In this document: positions 59,237 to 64,000 of the stretch, one piece after another
Layout: every line of letters begins with the position of its first letter
Position numbering within the stretch: position 1 is the first letter of the stretch
DNA from: Clostridiales bacterium
Lineage (GTDB): Bacteria; Bacillota; Clostridia; Saccharofermentanales; Saccharofermentanaceae
NCBI GenBank assembly: GCA_017513085.1
Contig: JAFWDK010000029.1
Span: forward strand, 107,275 to 171,274
Reading direction: 5' to 3'
DNA: 64,000 nt
Made by a program: the position numbers and the translations under genes
The notes under the pieces: generated by a model
Told to the model about the DNA's origin: nothing
Databases searched by the model: none
What the model saw: the letters and a program-made list of their open reading frames with translations, nothing else

Positions 59237-59887
59237 ATGACTGATGAGTTAAAAGACATTATTTATAGCGATCTGTTCCGGTATACGGGTAATACCAGGC
59301 GCTACAAGAACGTCTTTTTTACTTATATCGAAGAGATGATGACGAGCCCGGAGTTCCACTTCATCAGTAATTTCCGTCATTGCAATTACCATTATCTCAA
59401 GACGCAGACGAAGATCCGTGATTTCAAGTACTATTTCCACAAGTTCTGCCTGCGGCTCTGTAGCCATGCCCTCGACAGGAAATCCAGAAAATACCACTTC
59501 CAGATCCCTTATGAGACAAAGATCGACAAAGGCTTCTATATCGCGCACTTCGGACGTATCATCATTCACCCGAAGTCTGTGATCGGACATAACGTTAACA
59601 TTTCGACCGGCGTGGTCATCGGTACCCAGTTCCGTGGATCCCGCCGCGGTTCGCCGACCATCGGCAACTACGTCTGGGTAGGCGCAAATGCCGTGATCGT
59701 CGGCAAGATCCGGATCGGAAACAATGTCCTGATTGCCCCTGGCGCATACGTGAACTTCGATGTTCCGGACAACTCCATTGTTATCGGGAACCCCGGCCTG
59801 ATCCGTCAGTCTGCCGGCGCGACGCTCGGATATATCAATAACACGATCCTGTTTGACGAGTATAACGTTCGTTCCGGAGATTCCTGA
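59237..59887 (+). CDS. Serine acetyltransferase-like hexapeptide acetyltransferase
   Basis: Left-handed beta-helix repeats IGHNVNI, PTIGNYVWVG, DVP..GNP. Confidence 0.85.
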   Translation: MTDELKDIIYSDLFRYTGNTRRYKNVFFTYIEEMMTSPEFHFISNFRHCNYHYLKTQTKIRDFKYYFHKFCLRLCSHALDRKSRKYHFQIPYETKIDKGFYIAHFGRIIIHPKSVIGHNVNISTGVVIGTQFRGSRRGSPTIGNYVWVGANAVIVGKIRIGNNVLIAPGAYVNFDVPDNSIVIGNPGLIRQSAGATLGYINNTILFDEYNVRSGDS

Positions 59888-61119
59888 TGTTTACCGATGT
59901 GACCTTCTACCAGCTTCCTTCCTCTGAGTTTTCCATTCGCAGAGAGAAGATCTTCGCAAGGCTTCCGAATAACACGGTGGCTGTTCTTTTTGCGGGCAAA
60001 GCACCTGTCGCGTCTCTCGATGAGTCCTATCCGTTCCTTCCGAACCGGAATTTCTTCTATCTTTCCGGCATCGAACAGGAGGAGTCGGTCCTCCTTCTGA
60101 TCAAGAGCGGCGGAGTCGGGCAGAGCCGCCTTTACCTTTACCCCAGAGAGCCGGAAAAGGAGAAGTGGACCGGAAGACGACTTGCTTACGAGGAGGCTTC
60201 CGAGATCTCCGGCATTTCTGATGTGCGCGAGCTCTCAGCTTATGAGAGAGATCTCGATGAACTTCTGGGCAGTGACATAAATTTCGCATGGGATGAGTCC
60301 GATATGTCCCACCAAAGATACAGCCTGGAGCAGACGCTGGCCAAGACCGACCGTTTCGACTCCGTGACTGAAATTTCAAGCTTTTTAACACAGTTACGCA
60401 TGCTGAAATCCCCGCGTGAGCAGGAGGCGATCACCCGTGCCATCCAGGTGACAGAGGAGTCGCTGGAAGTTTTGCTTCCACAGCTCCGACCGGGCATTTC
60501 CGAGCGGGAAGTATACGCGATCTTAGAGTCGGAGATGATCCGCCGAGGCAGTTTCTTTCAAGGCTTCAAGACGATCGTGGCAGGCGGCGAAAACACGTTG
60601 TGCCTGCACTATCCGACACCGGTCGCCATGATCCAGGGCGGACAGATGATCCAGATCGACCTCGGCGCACGCGCGGCAGGCTACAGCGCAGATATCTCCC
60701 GCGCCTATACCGCCAACACGGACGGCATCCGCAACTCCCGCCAGCAAGCGCTTTTTGAGCTGATATGTGAGTGCAAAGAGACTGCGCTCAAGACGATCCG
60801 CCCCGGCAGCACGATCGCCAAGGTCAACGAGGAGACCCGAAAGACCGCGGCGTCCGGCCTTCGGGATCTTGGTGTGATCCCGCGTTCGGAGAAAGATCCG
60901 CTCGAAGCCGTGAAGAAATACTACTGGCATAACACGCTTCACCACCTCGGCCTTGACGTTCACGATGTATGCGACCGTGAAGCTGCTTTTGCCGCCGACA
61001 TGGTGTTCGCCGTGGAGCCGGGCATCTATATCCCCGAGTGGGGCTTCGGATTCAGAGTGGAAGACGACGTACTGGTCACCGCGGACGGCTCGCGCTACCT
61101 GTCCCATCCGCAGAAGTGA
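59887..61119 (+). CDS. pepP: Xaa-Pro aminopeptidase
   Basis: NFFYLSG, LHY, DLG..ADISR, HHLGLDVHD, EPGIY, RVEDD. Confidence 0.93.
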   Translation: MFTDVTFYQLPSSEFSIRREKIFARLPNNTVAVLFAGKAPVASLDESYPFLPNRNFFYLSGIEQEESVLLLIKSGGVGQSRLYLYPREPEKEKWTGRRLAYEEASEISGISDVRELSAYERDLDELLGSDINFAWDESDMSHQRYSLEQTLAKTDRFDSVTEISSFLTQLRMLKSPREQEAITRAIQVTEESLEVLLPQLRPGISEREVYAILESEMIRRGSFFQGFKTIVAGGENTLCLHYPTPVAMIQGGQMIQIDLGARAAGYSADISRAYTANTDGIRNSRQQALFELICECKETALKTIRPGSTIAKVNEETRKTAASGLRDLGVIPRSEKDPLEAVKKYYWHNTLHHLGLDVHDVCDREAAFAADMVFAVEPGIYIPEWGFGFRVEDDVLVTADGSRYLSHPQK

Positions 61120-61202
61120 TCCGTATCCCGGCATAGACCAGGCGCAAACCGGAAAAGGACCAGTAATAGAGAGGAAGAGAGAGGAAAAGAGAGGAAAACA
61201 GC

Positions 61203-62207
61203 GTGCCGACAGGAGTCATACTCATAATCGTGATCGTAGTGCTTCTGATACTGGCAGCGGGACTGGCCGCTGTCCTGATCTATTCACGCGCGCTCCGCAC
61301 CGCATACCGCATCTTCGCACGCCCCGAACCAAGACCGCCGTACGACAAATCCCCACTGACGATCGATCAGAACACGATCTACGGCCGCGGCCAGAACTGG
61401 TTCTACTGCAACCGCCTGGACATCCTCGACTGGCAGATCACCGCCTTTGACGGCATCAAGCTTTACGCCTATTACATCCCGGCCGCCAAGAAGACGACCA
61501 AAGACGTCGTGATCCTCCTTCACGGCTACAACCAGCATCCATCCATCATGGCAGCCTACGCGCAGCTTCACATGGAAAAGCGCGACTGCCATATCCTGAT
61601 CCCGCACCTGCGCGCCCACGGTATGAGCGGCGGCAAATTCGTCGGCTACGGACTTTTCGACAGTCAGGACATCATCATGTGGATGCAATACCTGGAGACC
61701 CGTCTCGGTCCGGACCTGGAGATCATCCTGCACGGACACTCCATGGGCGCCGCAACCGCCATCATGGCCGCCGGCTCCGGCATCGCCCCCGACACACTCT
61801 CCGGCATCATTGCCGACAGTTCTTTTGACTCACTCGACAAACTCCTCGCGTACCTCGAACAGCGCCACCACAAGATCTCCATGAGACCTTTCCTCCTCCT
61901 CGTAAGCAAAATCGCTCTCAAGCGTTTCGGCTTCCCGATCGAGAAGGACTCGCCCGAGTCTGTGGCAGCAAACATCCGTGTGCCGGTCCTGCTTTTCCAC
62001 GGTACGGACGACGCGCTGGTCCCGTCTTATATGAGCGAAAACATATACGACCGCATCCACGCTCCCAAGCGGATCTGCCTGATCGAAAACGCCAAACACT
62101 GCAACTCTTATAACGACGCCCCCGAAAAATACTCCGCCGAGATCGACCGCTTCCGCGACAGCATCTCCGACAGCGAATGGCAGCGGATGATCGGGAAACT
62201 GCCGTAA
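61203..62207 (+). CDS. Membrane-anchored alpha/beta hydrolase (YqkD-like)
   Basis: LLHGY, GHSMG, HGTDDALVP. Confidence 0.9.
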   Translation: MPTGVILIIVIVVLLILAAGLAAVLIYSRALRTAYRIFARPEPRPPYDKSPLTIDQNTIYGRGQNWFYCNRLDILDWQITAFDGIKLYAYYIPAAKKTTKDVVILLHGYNQHPSIMAAYAQLHMEKRDCHILIPHLRAHGMSGGKFVGYGLFDSQDIIMWMQYLETRLGPDLEIILHGHSMGAATAIMAAGSGIAPDTLSGIIADSSFDSLDKLLAYLEQRHHKISMRPFLLLVSKIALKRFGFPIEKDSPESVAANIRVPVLLFHGTDDALVPSYMSENIYDRIHAPKRICLIENAKHCNSYNDAPEKYSAEIDRFRDSISDSEWQRMIGKLP

Positions 62208-62225
62208 CTATTCCCATACCGGTAG

Positions 62226-62657
62226 TTTTACCAGTAATTCGAGAGCGGTTAGTTATGACTAACCGCATGGTTTACTGGTAAAATCTTCAAAATCGATGTT
62301 TTCACCAGTAAATTCATGCCCTTTTCCGACCCATTTACTGGTTAAATCCTTCAAAATGCAAATTCTACCAGTAAATGTAAAAAAAAGAATTCAAAGAAGT
62401 CGATAAATTACTGGTAAAATCACTGAAATCGAGGATTTCACCAGTAAATGTCCTAGTTAGTCTAAACTAACTACCATAATTACGGGCAGATTCGCCGACT
62501 TGCTCCATTTAGCCCGTAAAATTTGTCGTTTTTTGAATTCTTTTCTTGACATTTACGGGCTAAATCAACGTTTTCTTCATTTCAGCCCGTAATTCTCTCC
62601 GAAAAGCACTGGATTTTACGGGCCAAATCAACGTTTCTAGTGTTTCAGCCCGTAAAT
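62226..62657. repeat. Mosaic hairpin array B
   Basis: Six hairpin units of about 42 bp arranged symmetrically around TAGTTAGT-ctaa-ACTAACTA. Confidence 0.9.
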
Positions 62658-62658
62658 T

Positions 62659-62789
62659 ATCGGACCTCCCTATCTTGTATCGCAGCTGATCACATTCCAC
62701 GCGGCGTTGGCACGTCATCCTGCGCCGACGGGGTTAATCGGACCTCCCTATCTTGTATCGCAGCTGATCACATTCCACGCGGCGTTGGC
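62659..62789. repeat. 53-bp exact direct repeat x2 (ATCGGAC..CTTGTATC..GCTGATCACA module)
   Basis: 62659-62711 equals 62737-62789; related copies at 46623 (inverted), 47065 and 47216. Confidence 0.9.
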
Positions 62790-62839
62790 GGATCATCCGG
62801 CTGATCACAGCCGCAATGCTGCACTCCCCTTCCACGTAA

Positions 62840-62972
62840 GCAGAACTGTTTCTGAGGAGCGATTACGCAGGCGCGCGTAGCACGCCGAGTACCAGCGAGG
62901 AGGAAACAGTTCTGCGACACCCAGCGACGAAGAAACCGTTCTGCGTTCCCAGCGACGAAGAAACAGTTCTGC
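62840..62972 (+). repeat. 76-bp REP-like element, copy 3, plus two tandem copies of its 3' end
   Basis: CCAGCGACGAAGAAAC(A/C)GTTCTGCG repeated at 62921 and 62949. Confidence 0.9.
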
Positions 62973-63018
62973 GGTATTGCATTTACCTTCCCCAAGTGCT
63001 AGAATGACGGCGATTCAG

Positions 63019-63107
63019 ATATGGGGGAGCTGCGGGGAGCGGCTGAGAGGGTGTTTTCGACATCGACCCTTTGACCTGAACCGGATAATGCCGGCGGAGG
63101 GAACATA
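63019..63107 (+). ncRNA. TPP riboswitch
   Basis: GGGG..GCTGAGA..ACCC..ACCTGAACCGGATAATGCCGGCGGAGGGA upstream of thiT. Confidence 0.96.
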
Positions 63108-63171
63108 AAAAGCAGAAGAGATTCTCCTTACGTTTCTTGTTGACCGGAAACCAGAGGAGGTTTTTTGTTTT

Positions 63172-63852
63172 ATGGGTAAAGATGAAAAAGAAACTGTAGT
63201 CGAAGAGCAGCTTTCATTGGAAGAAGCTAGAAAACAGCAACAGCAGATTCAAAAAAATAAGAATCGTGAGATGATCCTCACGGTTGCGACAGGCGGTATC
63301 TGCCTGGCATTAAGCTACGTGCTTTCACTGATCACGATCTTTAAGATGCCGCAAGGCGGATCGGTAACACCGGCATCCATGCTTCCGATCATTTTCTTCT
63401 GCCTTTGCTTCGGTGCTAAGAGCGGCTTCGTTGTGACTTTTGCATATAGCTTGCTTCAGCTCATTGGTGGTGATTTCTATTCCCCGTTGCAGGTGATCAT
63501 AGATTACCCGTTGGCATTTACGCTGATCGGCGTCGCCGGCTTCTTTGCCGCTTCGTCCAAGAAGCGCCTTCAGGTCCGCAATCCGATCAAGAGACTGAAA
63601 CTGGTACCTTTCTGGAGAATCGGCGCCGCAGTGTTCTTCGCATTCCTGCTCCGCCTTGCCTGCCATGTGATCTCCGGCGTAGTATTCTTCTCTGAATATG
63701 CCGGCGACCAGAATCCGTGGGTGTACTCGATCCTTTATAACGGTACATTCCTTCTGGTTGAAGCTGCGATCACTGTCGTGATCCTCTTTGGTATCTCTGT
63801 GGCACTGGGCATCTTGAAGGTGAACATAAATATCAGTAAAGATAAGAAGTAA
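63172..63852 (+). CDS. thiT: ECF thiamine transporter S component
   Basis: MPQGGS, DYPLAF, HVISGVVFF, YSILYNG; TPP riboswitch upstream. Confidence 0.95.
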   Translation: MGKDEKETVVEEQLSLEEARKQQQQIQKNKNREMILTVATGGICLALSYVLSLITIFKMPQGGSVTPASMLPIIFFCLCFGAKSGFVVTFAYSLLQLIGGDFYSPLQVIIDYPLAFTLIGVAGFFAASSKKRLQVRNPIKRLKLVPFWRIGAAVFFAFLLRLACHVISGVVFFSEYAGDQNPWVYSILYNGTFLLVEAAITVVILFGISVALGILKVNINISKDKK

Positions 63853-63880
63853 TCTGTTGCCGAGAGATCCGGCCCCCGTG

Positions 63881-64000
63881 CTCCTGCCTCGCGCAGGCAG
63901 GCCGAACGAACAGGATCGGCGTGGTGGCATCAAGAAAGAAACTCCTGCCTCGCGCAGGCAGGCCGAACGAACAGGATCGGCGCGCTGGCATCAAGAAAGA
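63881..64000. repeat. 61-bp tandem repeat with internal hairpins, running to the window edge
   Basis: CTCCTGCCTCGCGCAGGCAGGCCGAACGAACAGGATCGGCG at 63881 and 63942. Confidence 0.85.

Noticed and set aside
62226-62657. CRISPR array (also considered for 46704-47026 and 63881-64000)
   Set aside because: Units are not identical direct repeats, linkers are conserved between arrays rather than unique, orientation flips mid-array, and no cas genes are present.

Overview
About 64 kb of a roughly 50-55% GC Clostridia-type chromosome. The DUF4214 surface proteins, SCIFF locus, GGGtGRT pair and sugar-binding-domain diguanylate cyclase suggest a rumen or gut anaerobe such as a Saccharofermentans relative (inference). 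Bases 1-5695 are the end of an integrative mobilizable element (AAA ATPase, MobC, MOB-P relaxase, Tn916-type Xis) at the 3' end of tRNA-Thr(TGT). The rest is mostly core genome: ECF sigma/anti-sigma, rpmE-DUF1385-prmC, cell-wall hydrolases, iscU-like/GGGtGRT, NADAR-SNF2, rpsU, an ABC exporter, recJ-rel, rnj, pyk, pflBA, scfAB, dus, tRNA-Ser(CGA), pepP and TPP riboswitch-thiT. rpsU and scfA are missing from the ORF track. The most unusual signals are non-coding: (1) two modular arrays of about 42-bp covarying hairpins with conserved linkers, one forming a degenerate palindrome of about 390 bp; (2) a dispersed element whose internal core is conserved while its outer stem is swapped; (3) a multi-hairpin pflB leader with repeated GYGGCR loops. 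There is also an out-of-frame gene nested in the relaxase. All calls come from reading the sequence; no searches were run.
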